Positions 1-9,674 of a DNA stretch of 64,000 nt are shown piece by piece; the first letter of the stretch is position 1; each line of letters begins with the position of its first letter. The translations under genes were made by a program, and so were the position numbers. This stretch comes from Babesia bigemina (taxonomy: Eukaryota): assembly GCF_000981445.1 (NCBI RefSeq), contig NC_027219.1:1-64000 (forward strand), read 5' to 3'. The notes beneath the pieces are model-generated. The model worked only from the letters and a program-made list of their open reading frames with translations. It searched no databases and was not told the origin of the DNA.

Positions 1-490
1 ACATCGCCCCTTAACCCACTCCACATCGCCCCTTTATCCACTCCACATCGCTCCCTAACCCACTCTACATCGCTCCCTAATCCACTCTACATCGCTCCCT
101 AACCCACTCTACATCGCCCCTTAACCCACTCCACATCGCTCCCTAACCCACTCTACATCGCTCCCTTATCCACCTTACATCGCCCCTTTACCCACTCTAC
201 ATCGCTCCCTAATCCACTCTACATCGCTCCTTTATCCACTCTACATCGCTCCTTATCCACTCTACATCGCTCCCTAACCCACTCTACATCGCCCCCTAAC
301 CCACTCCACATCGCCCCCTAACCCACTCCACATCGCTCCCTAACCCACTCCACATCGCTCCCTAACCCACTCCACATCGCTCCCTAGTCCACTCTACATC
401 GCCCCTTTACCCACTCTACATCGCCCCTTAACCTCCTCTAATCGCCCCTTTATCCACTCCACATCGCCCCTTAACCCACTCTACATCGCT
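1..490. repeat. C-rich ~22-bp tandem repeat (consensus CCACTCYACATCGCYCCCTAAC), ~22 copies, runs off the window start
   Basis: Periodicity is directly visible; many units contain CCCTAA or variants such as CCTTTA; strong strand asymmetry. Confidence 0.95.
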
Positions 491-549
491 CGAATTACCT
501 CGCCATATTACCGCTATGACCTTTATAAACTATAGCAATAACTTGTGCC

Positions 550-3500
550 TTGTCACCCTTTACTTCCCTCCTGACTGAGTCCATCGACTGGTTGATCCAG
601 GTTAGGCATGGGAATGGTGGTGACCAAGGTCTTACCAAGTTGTCTCAAGCTTTGAAAAAGTTGATTGAGGAGGCTATAAGTAATGCTTTTTATAGCCTAT
701 GTCCTGATGAAAAAGGTACTTCTACCCCTCCCTCTACTCCATCTCCCTCATCCACTGTCTCTCCATCATCTCCCTCATCCACTGGTTGGACTACGAAAAT
801 TGCTAAGAAAATTCAGGGGCTTCAAACTAAGAAATCTGAACTTGAAGAGCGTAAAATTGCCCAAAATAATTACCTCACTGAACAAGATTCCAAGTCCCTT
901 GACTCCCTTCCTACCCAGTTGACGTCTCTTGAGACTGTGAAGAAGCTTGCTGAATTTGCTGAATCACTTACTAATAATACTAAAAATGATAATATTTTAA
1001 CGCATTTATGTGACGGTCTTCAGACTTTTCTTGGTTACGATAAGAACTCCAAAGGCTACGATGGCAAGGGTATTGTGTACTCTGACCTGGATAGGCTGTG
1101 TGACGGGGTGATGGGATTTTTGAGTGGTGTGCTTGAGGGGGTGAAAAACACTCAGACATACAATGTGGGTAAAAATACATTAAATTCGGTAAGTAGCGTA
1201 ATTAACAAACATCTTTGCTCAGGGCACGATGGTTTCACTAAGCTTCTTCCCCGTCTGACTAGGGAGGTCGAGAAGTACAACAAAGAAGTGAGAGAGTCCA
1301 ATAAAGCAGTGTCAGAGCCCATTAATGAGTTAATTAAATACGTCAAAGATCGAGGTGAGTTGCTTGGTAGTATTAATAAGTATCAGGTGACGGACAACAT
1401 TGAGCAAGACGTACTTGACGCGGCGGAGAAGACCATGGCAGAGAAATTGAAGGAGTGTCAGAAAAAAGCAGAAACGTTCAACTCAGTGTTTAATCTTAGT
1501 ACACAAACAGATATGAAAAATGCTATTAGTTATCTTAATTCCACATTAAGTGAACGTGTACGTGTAGCGTTGAGGGCGGTGAGCCATGAGACGGAGAGGC
1601 TTAAGACCATGTCAGGTAAGGAACGTAAGGACCTTGATGGTCTGCAGGCGAAGATACAGAGCGCACTGAGTGCACTTGGAAATTGCGTCAACGATAAAAT
1701 ACAGAAAGATATTGAGAACCTGGTGAAGCAGCTCAAGGAAGGAGTCAACACTATTTTGAAGCACCTGAAAGATATCGATGGCCGGCTAAGGCAGTACGTG
1801 CAGAAATTGGAAGAGTGGATGGAGAGCGCCAAAAAAGAGATCGATAGAATAAGGAACGAGGATGTTAAGAAGATACTTGACGAGACGACTGACGGAGTGA
1901 CGGGCACGAAGTACCTAATTGAGAAAGATGCGGAGAAGCTGATAAGGTGGAAGGAGAGTCTCAGTGATGAGATACAACGTGTGAAAAAAAAGCTTGTGGA
2001 GTTGGTGCAGCAAGCGCTTAAGGAGGTAGCAACAATGAACAGGGCGGTTCAGATGGACTTATATTTGGTGAGTGTCGCCATAAATGATGAAATAAGGAAA
2101 TATGTTAGCCAGTACGTTAAGAAGATTCAAGCGCAGATTCTGCAGATCACAGATCAAAGAAATGGCCTCCAAGGGGTTGAAACCAAAATAGTGAAGGAGT
2201 ACGCTGAAAGGTTCAAGGAAGGTTCGCAAGGGTTTCAAGCCATAGTAAAGGAGTGGATTGATGGAATTTTCAAGAATAATGGATTGGTTAAACAGTCACT
2301 TGCAGAGTATATCAGAATGAGTAAAAAAGGAGGCTACACATTAAAACAGGAATATGTCGATGTTAATGCTGCAACACTTACGCAGGATAAATCTCTCAGA
2401 ATTGCCACAGCAATAAAGGATGCGCTTGATATATCAATAGAAAACGCCCAAATTGATGGTGACAAAAAGAACAATGTAGAAGGGAATATCGGAGCTGTGC
2501 ACGATTGCATCATACAATTTGTAGTGCAGCTTAATGATAAAATTACACAAGGGAAACAAGATTCTGGAGATACGAACAAGTTGGTGTCCAGCCTAGTCGA
2601 TGCTTTCGAGCGAACTGTGTCGCAAAATGGTGACACGCATTCCACAGCCAGAAGCTATCTCATACCTGCAATGGCCGCCGTGCTATCGGCGCTATACTCC
2701 AAAGCTAACCAGGCAGCGGAGGAACTACAGTCATTCACCGGGGACGGCGAAGGAGGGGACAACATCGGCAAAAATCTCGACACGGCGCTCGATGTGGCAC
2801 TCAAGCTGAATGCCGGATTAACTACGGCACTCACCGAATCTGGCCAGCACGGTTACAACACCGCCAAACCTTATCCTGGTCTAGGCCCAATTGAGCTAGA
2901 CGCCAATATTGCAATGACGATTAATAGGGAACTTGAGGAACTGTTGCCACAAGCGAAAGGAAGCGATGGAAGGGAGGATGCAAAAATTGATCTAGAGAAA
3001 GTCAGAAATTTTATCAATTACCCTACATATGTCAAACAACCAAAAACGTCCACCGAAAATCCATCTGAAGGCCAACTCCCAGAGTCAATCGGCGCCATTA
3101 AAGAAGAAGCTGCCGGCATCTACATTACTCACATAACAGACGGTCTGACGACCCTGTCCTCTGACCTCACGAAACACCTTGGAGTTATCATGGATGCGAT
3201 AACTACTACCACCGATAGAGTGAAATCTAAATTAGACGATTTCAAGAACAAAAAAATCGGTAACGCCGCCCATAGCAAACCAGCACAGAAAGATACTCTC
3301 CAAGAACTGCATTGTAAATTTCTCGAGCTTCACAAATATTTCGAGAAAAATGCCCTTAAAACCGCTGAAGCATTCGCTGCGTACGCCGACAGATCCGGCA
3401 AAAACATCATCGATCCCCTTAAGCAACACGTCAACAATGAGGTCAAAAAGGCTCAAGATAGTATCATTGCCGAAGCCAAGAAAAACTACATCTCCTCCAT

Positions 3501-6213
3501 TCAGTCGCTGCTCCAGCGATTTGCGTCCAAGGTTCACAGCGAGCTGGAAACGTTGCCCAAATCCATTGAAGACGATTTGACCCTTGGCTTCAAGGGCTTC
3601 ATGGTGAAGTTCGAGCAACATTTTGTTGACACTGTTAAACATATTCAAAACATATCGTCGAAATCCGCTGTACAAACCACAGAGAAGGGAAGGAAAATTT
3701 ACCCATTCAGCCAAGCTGTACTAAAGCTTAGGACCGCCTTCAGTTCATTAATGAGCCATTTGGAATCTCAAGAAGATTTCACGTCTGACTTCGAGCGGGT
3801 TAAAATGGCAAATAGCGTACTGGTAAATCTACTCAACAAACTTGCGACGTCTCAGCATTATGACCACACGTTTAGTAATGACCTCGATGAATTGAAGAAG
3901 GTGATCGAGGGGTTTAAGCCTTCGACGTACGGCGAAGCGAAATGCCCACTGCTGCTCAATACTCTGAAGAACGGTTTCACGACTTTGGTCAGTGAACTCG
4001 ACAAGGCGTACATCTCCGCGTACGACAGTGAGACGTTTTCCGATGATTTGGTTAAGGAGGACAACACTTTGACTAAATATGGCAAGTATTACGCCAAAGT
4101 GTTTCTTACCGCATTGCGGACTCTCGACGTATCGTTGTATGGGTTGAAGCATGAGTGCAAGAGTCTGACGGGACAAAAAATCAATTCATCCACCGATCTC
4201 GGAAGATTGTTCGTGCGCCTCGGCTTTAAGGTTGCGGAAGAAAATAGAGAACACTGGGAGCTGCAAAACAGAACAGTCATAAGCGGCCAGTACGTTGCCA
4301 ACAGACTCACTTGGAGAGTCAGCGGCGCCAATGACAACCAACACCTTAAAATTTGTGAATCAAAAAAACGCGATGATGATTACTTAAATGTGTTTGATAT
4401 CCTTAGATGCCTAGTAACTCACGCCAAGCAGTACTTCGAAGTGTGCCACCAAGCACTCCGGCCCAAATCACGTCTGCCGTGTAATGTTAACGAAATGCTT
4501 GTATGGTTCACCGGCCTCCCACATCACCCCGTTTACGAGGAGTTGATACAGAACGGACTCAGTGCGCCGTTTGAGAATCCATCTAAGCAGAGAGTCGTGG
4601 ACGACGACGGCCTTGAGCTGACGTTAACAGACACGCGGGTGGAATCCATGACAGCGCATCCAAGCAACATTACGTACAACAGCGTGAACACAGCGTTGCA
4701 ACATCTGTGTACGAAATCTCGCGATCTGCTCACCACCGTCATGGGCCACGGCAACGCCGAGACAGTGTACGCCGTCGACTTCCACACAAACACCTTCAAC
4801 CTCAAATATCCCACTTCCGGTGAGGAATGTCTGCAAACCATTCTCGACATTCTGCGTCGTATGTTGCCGCCACTGAGATACCTGTATTACCAATGCAGTC
4901 TAGGCACAAACCACGGTGGATGGGCGCAATGCCTATACGGCAGAGATATCAAGACGAGCAAATGGCCATGCAAAAATCACTCAACAGAGCAACCAAAATG
5001 CCATCCAACCGACGAAGTAACGTGCCAACCAAATTGCCAGCCAACGTCTCCATTAATGTCATATCTGGGTGACTGCTTAATTGGTCATTTGCCGCACAAG
5101 CTGACTTCCATCGGCTGCCGGTCCGTATGCTCAACGTGTCCATCTGTCGCTAAACTCGGAATGCCATGCGTCACTCCCCTCGGTTTCAGGGCGTTTTCTG
5201 GGTCGACCAAAACTGGTAGAGATATATATGAGATTTTGAGGCTGCTTTTTGGTAGCGGTCTAGTCTCGTCCCTTCTGTGCCTTGCACCCATCCCGCCGAG
5301 CACGCTGCCTGAGCACTTCCAGTTTGCGTTGGCGTTGACTCATGTATTGCATAATACGAAAAATGCAACTGCACAGGCTGTCACGACAGCTTTCAACACA
5401 TCAACCAACGAGGTGTCCATTGATCTATATAAAGAGCCAACCAAACTTACAGGTGCGCTTAGTGCCGCTTATGGCAACAGTCAGAGTAGTCACAATGCAA
5501 GTAATCATATTCCCAAATCGGCTGATATGTCGAGCCTCGCGATGAGTCAGTCATGTATGCTTGCAATCGAAGATAACGTCCACTGCGGACCCTACCTGCA
5601 GACCCTATTCTGCGACACGTACTACTACATCGCAGCTAAACATACCAACGTGTATCTCTCATGGGCCGTGTATTTACCGTGGACGCTGTATGGCTATTTG
5701 AAATCATTATTTGATTCGTATTGCAGTATCTCTTGTCAAGATTGGGGGTGCAGCAGATGTGTCGACGGCATTTCTTGTAGACCGGGCAAACACGGCGATG
5801 GATACAGCTGTAGGTGCCGATCGCTAGTGGGATGCCGCGGTGTGCTGAGCACTTTATACGGATACGGCTTTACATTTGGCGACGCCAAAAAATTGCTGTC
5901 TGATGATCAAAGAAGATACTGCCGTAACCTCTATTCGCAATTGCAAAACGTTCTAAAATCGCAGCACTTCACCAAATTATTTGCGGAATGTGACAACTTC
6001 ATTTGGACCATCAGACAACCGTTCACCTACTTGGTTCTCGCACTCTGGTCACTCTCCCTCTTCTACCTCATCTGCGTAATGGTTGGCAGACTGGATGTGC
6101 TCCACATACGCTCACACCTGAGATCACCATCATCGCACAGGATAACGGCGCAATCATTGTTGGCTGCAGCGCAAGTCGGAAGGCTTGCCAAGATATCGTA
6201 TCTACAACCGTAA
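550..6213 (+). CDS. ves1: VESA1-like variant erythrocyte surface antigen, 5'-defective (no canonical start; first in-frame ATG at 1111)
   Basis: 1887-aa ORF with ESIDWLIQVRHG and GIVYSDLDRLCDGVMGFL motifs, a helical middle, a Cys-rich membrane-proximal region, a TM (FTYLVLALWSLSLFYLICVMV) and the tail RLDVLHIRSHLRSPSSHRITAQSLLAAAQVGRLAKISYLQP. It lacks the MAPKKLTDCPENLR start seen in the paralogue at 31121. Confidence 0.9.
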   Translation: MSPFTSLLTESIDWLIQVRHGNGGDQGLTKLSQALKKLIEEAISNAFYSLCPDEKGTSTPPSTPSPSSTVSPSSPSSTGWTTKIAKKIQGLQTKKSELEERKIAQNNYLTEQDSKSLDSLPTQLTSLETVKKLAEFAESLTNNTKNDNILTHLCDGLQTFLGYDKNSKGYDGKGIVYSDLDRLCDGVMGFLSGVLEGVKNTQTYNVGKNTLNSVSSVINKHLCSGHDGFTKLLPRLTREVEKYNKEVRESNKAVSEPINELIKYVKDRGELLGSINKYQVTDNIEQDVLDAAEKTMAEKLKECQKKAETFNSVFNLSTQTDMKNAISYLNSTLSERVRVALRAVSHETERLKTMSGKERKDLDGLQAKIQSALSALGNCVNDKIQKDIENLVKQLKEGVNTILKHLKDIDGRLRQYVQKLEEWMESAKKEIDRIRNEDVKKILDETTDGVTGTKYLIEKDAEKLIRWKESLSDEIQRVKKKLVELVQQALKEVATMNRAVQMDLYLVSVAINDEIRKYVSQYVKKIQAQILQITDQRNGLQGVETKIVKEYAERFKEGSQGFQAIVKEWIDGIFKNNGLVKQSLAEYIRMSKKGGYTLKQEYVDVNAATLTQDKSLRIATAIKDALDISIENAQIDGDKKNNVEGNIGAVHDCIIQFVVQLNDKITQGKQDSGDTNKLVSSLVDAFERTVSQNGDTHSTARSYLIPAMAAVLSALYSKANQAAEELQSFTGDGEGGDNIGKNLDTALDVALKLNAGLTTALTESGQHGYNTAKPYPGLGPIELDANIAMTINRELEELLPQAKGSDGREDAKIDLEKVRNFINYPTYVKQPKTSTENPSEGQLPESIGAIKEEAAGIYITHITDGLTTLSSDLTKHLGVIMDAITTTTDRVKSKLDDFKNKKIGNAAHSKPAQKDTLQELHCKFLELHKYFEKNALKTAEAFAAYADRSGKNIIDPLKQHVNNEVKKAQDSIIAEAKKNYISSIQSLLQRFASKVHSELETLPKSIEDDLTLGFKGFMVKFEQHFVDTVKHIQNISSKSAVQTTEKGRKIYPFSQAVLKLRTAFSSLMSHLESQEDFTSDFERVKMANSVLVNLLNKLATSQHYDHTFSNDLDELKKVIEGFKPSTYGEAKCPLLLNTLKNGFTTLVSELDKAYISAYDSETFSDDLVKEDNTLTKYGKYYAKVFLTALRTLDVSLYGLKHECKSLTGQKINSSTDLGRLFVRLGFKVAEENREHWELQNRTVISGQYVANRLTWRVSGANDNQHLKICESKKRDDDYLNVFDILRCLVTHAKQYFEVCHQALRPKSRLPCNVNEMLVWFTGLPHHPVYEELIQNGLSAPFENPSKQRVVDDDGLELTLTDTRVESMTAHPSNITYNSVNTALQHLCTKSRDLLTTVMGHGNAETVYAVDFHTNTFNLKYPTSGEECLQTILDILRRMLPPLRYLYYQCSLGTNHGGWAQCLYGRDIKTSKWPCKNHSTEQPKCHPTDEVTCQPNCQPTSPLMSYLGDCLIGHLPHKLTSIGCRSVCSTCPSVAKLGMPCVTPLGFRAFSGSTKTGRDIYEILRLLFGSGLVSSLLCLAPIPPSTLPEHFQFALALTHVLHNTKNATAQAVTTAFNTSTNEVSIDLYKEPTKLTGALSAAYGNSQSSHNASNHIPKSADMSSLAMSQSCMLAIEDNVHCGPYLQTLFCDTYYYIAAKHTNVYLSWAVYLPWTLYGYLKSLFDSYCSISCQDWGCSRCVDGISCRPGKHGDGYSCRCRSLVGCRGVLSTLYGYGFTFGDAKKLLSDDQRRYCRNLYSQLQNVLKSQHFTKLFAECDNFIWTIRQPFTYLVLALWSLSLFYLICVMVGRLDVLHIRSHLRSPSSHRITAQSLLAAAQVGRLAKISYLQP

Positions 6214-6354
6214 TTGTATTCACATTTGTAATTCACACAACTCACCTAGCATCACCTACTCACCTAACCGACAAACGTAGTCTAATGTCTCGAATTACTC
6301 TAGCGGCAACCTGTGAACTAGGTAGCACATGAATTAGGTGATGACTGAACGACC

Positions 6355-6950
6355 AAGCTAAGTGCTAAGCTGGCACCCAGGCAAAGTGGTAAGCTGGCAC
6401 CCAGGCAAAGTGCTAACCTAGCAACCAGGCAAAGTGCTAACCTAGCAACCAGGCAAAGTGCTAAGCTGGCACCCAGGCTAAGTGGTAAGCTAGCAGCCAG
6501 GCAAAGTGCGAAGCTAGCAACCAGGCTAAGTGCTAAGCTGGCAACCAGGCAAAGTGCTAACCTAGCAACCAGGCAAGGTGCTAACCTAGCACGCTGGCAA
6601 AGTGTTGACCTAGCACCCAGGCTAAGTGCTAAGCTGGCACACAGGCTAAGTGCTAAGCTGGCACACAGGCAACGTGTTGACCTAGCAACCAGGCTAAGTG
6701 GTAAGCAAGCAACCGGGCAACGTGCTAACCTAGCAACCAGGCAAAGTGATAAGCTAGCAACCAGGCAAAGTGATGAGCTAGCAACCAGGCAAAGTGATGA
6801 GCTAGCAACCAGGCAACGTGTTGACCTAGCACCCAGGCAAAGTGCTAAGCTAGCACACAGGCAACGTGTTGAGGTGGCACCCAGGCGAAGTGCTAAACTG
6901 GCATCCAGGCAACGTGCTGAGCTAGCACCCAGGCAATGTGATAAGCTGGC
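6355..6950. repeat. 24-bp tandem repeat (consensus CTAGCAACCAGGCAAAGTGCTAAG), ~25 copies
   Basis: Direct periodicity of 24 nt, beginning ~140 bp after the ves1 stop. Confidence 0.95.
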
Positions 6951-7475
6951 GGATGAACCGTAATTTGGTGGGTGTTGTAGCACGTTGATTGCCTGGTGCG
7001 TTGAGTTAGGCGTTGACTGTGAGAGGTGTCTGCGTTGCTCATTGAGTCAGTGTCACGTGAGGCTGGGTGATTGGTCGCTAACGTAGGCGGTCGTGAGGGC
7101 CGCGGCGGGTGACCAAAGTCGTGTGTTGCGAGTCACTGGCAGGGTGGCGTAATCTGCGTTGGCCTGGTTAAGTAGCGTTTATAGGCGGCAATGTAGCGAT
7201 TGTTAATATCACATTTAGGCACGTAGCCGACGCGCTCCGCCAGCATGGCGCCGATACCGCGGCTCGTAGCACGGTGCTGCTGCACTGTGGGAGATGAGCG
7301 CACGGGTCGCCGCAATGTTGATGGCGTTGCGAATAGTGAATAATTTAGAGTGACAGTTGATGCTAGTCACATGCGTCGCGTCAGCCGCAGCTGTGGTATC
7401 CCGGGCAGCTTGGGTGTCGGTGGCCTGGGCTGGGGGGACACAGGGGTGAGGGTAGGTGGTGATGAGGGGAGTGAG
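6950..7475 (+). promoter_or_regulatory. Conserved non-coding spacer, candidate promoter/5' region of the downstream Cys-rich gene
   Basis: Highly similar to 16770-17255 in the second cassette although the neighbouring coding regions diverge; the function is inferred. Confidence 0.4.
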
Positions 7476-7479
7476 AGCG

Positions 7480-8228
7480 GCAGTGGTAGTGTTGCAGTTG
7501 GTGAGTGCTGCTTGAGTGATTGATGTTTGCAGGCTGAGGGGACTGGGAGTGGCAGTGGTAGTGTTGCAGTTGGTGAGTGCTGCTTGAGTGATTGATGTTT
7601 GCAGGCTGAGGGGACTGGGAGTGGCAGTGGTAGTGTTGCAGTTGGTGAGTGCGTTGCTTAGGTGATTGATAGTTTGCAGGTTGAGTGGACTGGGAGGGGC
7701 AGTGGTAGCGTTGCAGTTGGTGAGTGCTTGCTAGGTGATTGATATGCTTGCAGGCTGAGGGGAGTGGTAGCGGCAGTGGTACGTGTTGCAGTTGGTGAGT
7801 GCGTTGCTAGGTGATTGATATGTTTGCAGGTTGAGGGGACTGGGAGCGGCAGTGGTAAGTGTTGCAGTTGGTGAGTGCGTTGCTTGTGTGATTGATACGT
7901 TTGCAGGTTGAGGGGACTGGTAGCGGCAGTGGTAGTGTTGCAGTTGGTGAGTGCTGCTTGAGTGATTGATATGTTCGCAGGTTGAGGGGACTGGGAGCGG
8001 CAGTGGTAGTGTTGCAGTTGGTGAGTGCTGCTTAGGTGATTGATATGTTCGCAGGCTGAGGGGACTGGTAGCGGCAGTGGTAGTGTTGCAGTTGGTGAGT
8101 GCTGCTTGAGTGATTGACATGTTCGCAGGTTGAGGGGACTGGGAGGGGACGGGGAAGATGTAGTAGTTGGTGAGTGCGTTGCTTGAGTGATTGATATGTT
8201 CGCAGGCTGAGGGGACTGGGAGTGGAAG
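7480..8228 (+). repeat. G/T-rich 72-76 bp tandem repeat, 10 units, each resembling a GTGAGT...GCAG micro-intron plus a ~40-nt exon
   Basis: GTGAGT at 7501, 7573, 7645, 7720, 7795, 7871, 7947, 8021, 8095 and 8170, each followed 32-36 nt later by T(T/C)GCAG. Confidence 0.9.
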
Positions 8229-8687
8229 ATGACGGAAGGGACGCCGTGTCTGCAGTGTGGCAATGGATGTAAAATGCTGCAGAATTGTAATTGCTGTTAC
8301 TGGTGCTGTAAACTTTGTGATAATTACAACTGCATATACTGTAGAAACTACTATCATGAGCGCGCAACAGGCTACTCGAAATACAACTGTAATGATACGG
8401 GATGTGCTAAGTGTATCAGAAAAACATGTCAATGTGAGTGTTGCAAACAGAGACGCTCTACATCCGCTTCATCGGAATCCACCCATTCTGACGCTACTCA
8501 ATATGTCATCGTTGGGGAGAGTGGTTCCTATGCTCACACATACGCGGATGACAACTACTCCTCTTTATCCCCCTCCGTTCTCCCCATCATCATCGCCCCC
8601 GTCGCCCTCATCATCGTCGTCATCTGCGTCATGATCTACTTCCGCATCCGGCCGTTCCACAGGGTTCGGTATCTACTGCGCAGCTAA
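8229..8687 (+). CDS. Small Cys-rich single-pass membrane protein (152 aa), function unknown
   Basis: ATG start with an upstream in-frame stop; Cys-dense N-terminal ~70 aa, Ser-rich linker, TM (PIIIAPVALIIVVICVMIYF), basic tail RIRPFHRVR; paralogue at 17425. Confidence 0.75.
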   Translation: MTEGTPCLQCGNGCKMLQNCNCCYWCCKLCDNYNCIYCRNYYHERATGYSKYNCNDTGCAKCIRKTCQCECCKQRRSTSASSESTHSDATQYVIVGESGSYAHTYADDNYSSLSPSVLPIIIAPVALIIVVICVMIYFRIRPFHRVRYLLRS

Positions 8688-8735
8688 TCACGACAACCTA
8701 ACTGCCAACTGACATCTAATGTTCTAGACAACGTA

Positions 8736-8939
8736 ATGCTTGCGTTTATAATCAATCACCTGAGCAGTGAGGTGAGTACTCCACCATCCCCTTCCCCCTC
8801 CGCCATCGCCGCCGTCATCGTTGCCATAATCGTCGCCATCATCCTGCTCGACCTGTGCATCTTCCGCTTCCCGGTGGGCCGCAACATCCGCGATTTCCTC
8901 GTACGCAAAATACCCTTCTGCATCGCGTTTTACAGCTGA
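8736..8939 (+). CDS. Mini-ORF or orphan last exon: TM helix + FRFPVGRNIRDFLVRKIPFCIAFYS tail
   Basis: 67-aa ATG ORF with a clear TM (AIAAVIVAIIVAIILLDLCIF); tail resembles LPLCIAFYN of ORF 17425-17853. Confidence 0.5.
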   Translation: MLAFIINHLSSEVSTPPSPSPSAIAAVIVAIIVAIILLDLCIFRFPVGRNIRDFLVRKIPFCIAFYS

Positions 8940-9018
8940 TCTAGAAATTTACTAGCGTTAAAATCGTCATCCATATCCCACCGATCACATAACTGCCAAC
9001 TGACATCTAATGTTGTAG

Positions 9019-9225
9019 ACAGAGTAATCATTGCGTTGATGACCAATCACATGAGCAGTGAGGTGGCCATGATTTCCTCCCTACTCCGCCATCGCCGCCG
9101 TCTTCGTTGCCCTCATCGTCGCCATCATCCTGCTCGACCTGTGCATCTTCCGCTTCCCCGTGGGCCGCAACATCCGCGATTTCCTCGTCCGCAAGATACC
9201 CTTCTGCATCGCGTTCTACAGCTGA
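9019..9225 (+). pseudogene. Frameshifted copy of the TM-tail mini-ORF
   Basis: ATG replaced by ATC; the linker between GTG and TCCGCCATC is 19 nt versus 24 nt in copy 1, which shifts the frame; the TM-tail coding itself is intact to TGA 9223-9225. Confidence 0.55.
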
Positions 9226-9311
9226 ACTAAGCAATTTATTGGTGCAAACATCGTAATCCAAATCCCACTGATCACCTAACTGGCAACTGACATCTAATGT
9301 TGTAGACAGTA

Positions 9312-9512
9312 ATGATTGCGTTGATGATCAATGACATGAGCAGTGAGATGGCTACTTCCCCCCCTGACCCCCAAGCCATCGCCGCCGTCATCGTTGCCAT
9401 CATCGTCGCCATCATCCTGCTCGACCTGTGCATCTTCCGCTTCCCGGTAGGCCGCAACATCCGCGAGTTCCTCGTACGCAAGATACCCCTCTGCATCGCG
9501 TTCTACAGCTGA
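9312..9512 (+). CDS. Mini-ORF or orphan last exon: TM helix + FRFPVGRNIREFLVRKIPLCIAFYS tail
   Basis: 66-aa ATG ORF; TM and tail nearly identical to 8736-8939, with mostly synonymous or conservative changes. Confidence 0.5.
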   Translation: MIALMINDMSSEMATSPPDPQAIAAVIVAIIVAIILLDLCIFRFPVGRNIREFLVRKIPLCIAFYS

Positions 9513-9674
9513 TCTCAGCAATTTGTAAGCGCAAACATCGTAATCCAAATCCCACTGATCACCTAACTGCCAACTGACATCTAATGTCTAGACAACGTAA
9601 TGACCGCGTTGATGACCAAGCACCTGACCAAGTTAATGGTTACAGCAGAGATGACAGTGACACAGCAGCGATAA

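Larger units (their letters stand above)
8696..9640 (+). repeat. ~288-bp tandem repeat, three full copies plus a partial fourth, each full copy encoding a TM + tail module
   Basis: The unit start ACCTAACTGCCAACTGACATCTAATGT (minor variants) recurs at 8696, 8987, 9274 and 9561. Confidence 0.92.

Noticed and set aside
6355..6950. GT...CTAAC...CAG pattern inside each 24-bp unit read as 19-nt introns
   Set aside because: Much shorter than the 30-40 nt introns seen in this window, and the donor GTGCTA is not consensus
6318..6983. Minus-strand 221-aa CLVARLAL-repeat ORF (and plus-strand ORF 16473-16880)
   Set aside because: By-products of the 24-bp periodicity; the first lacks an ATG start and neither is preserved in the other array copy
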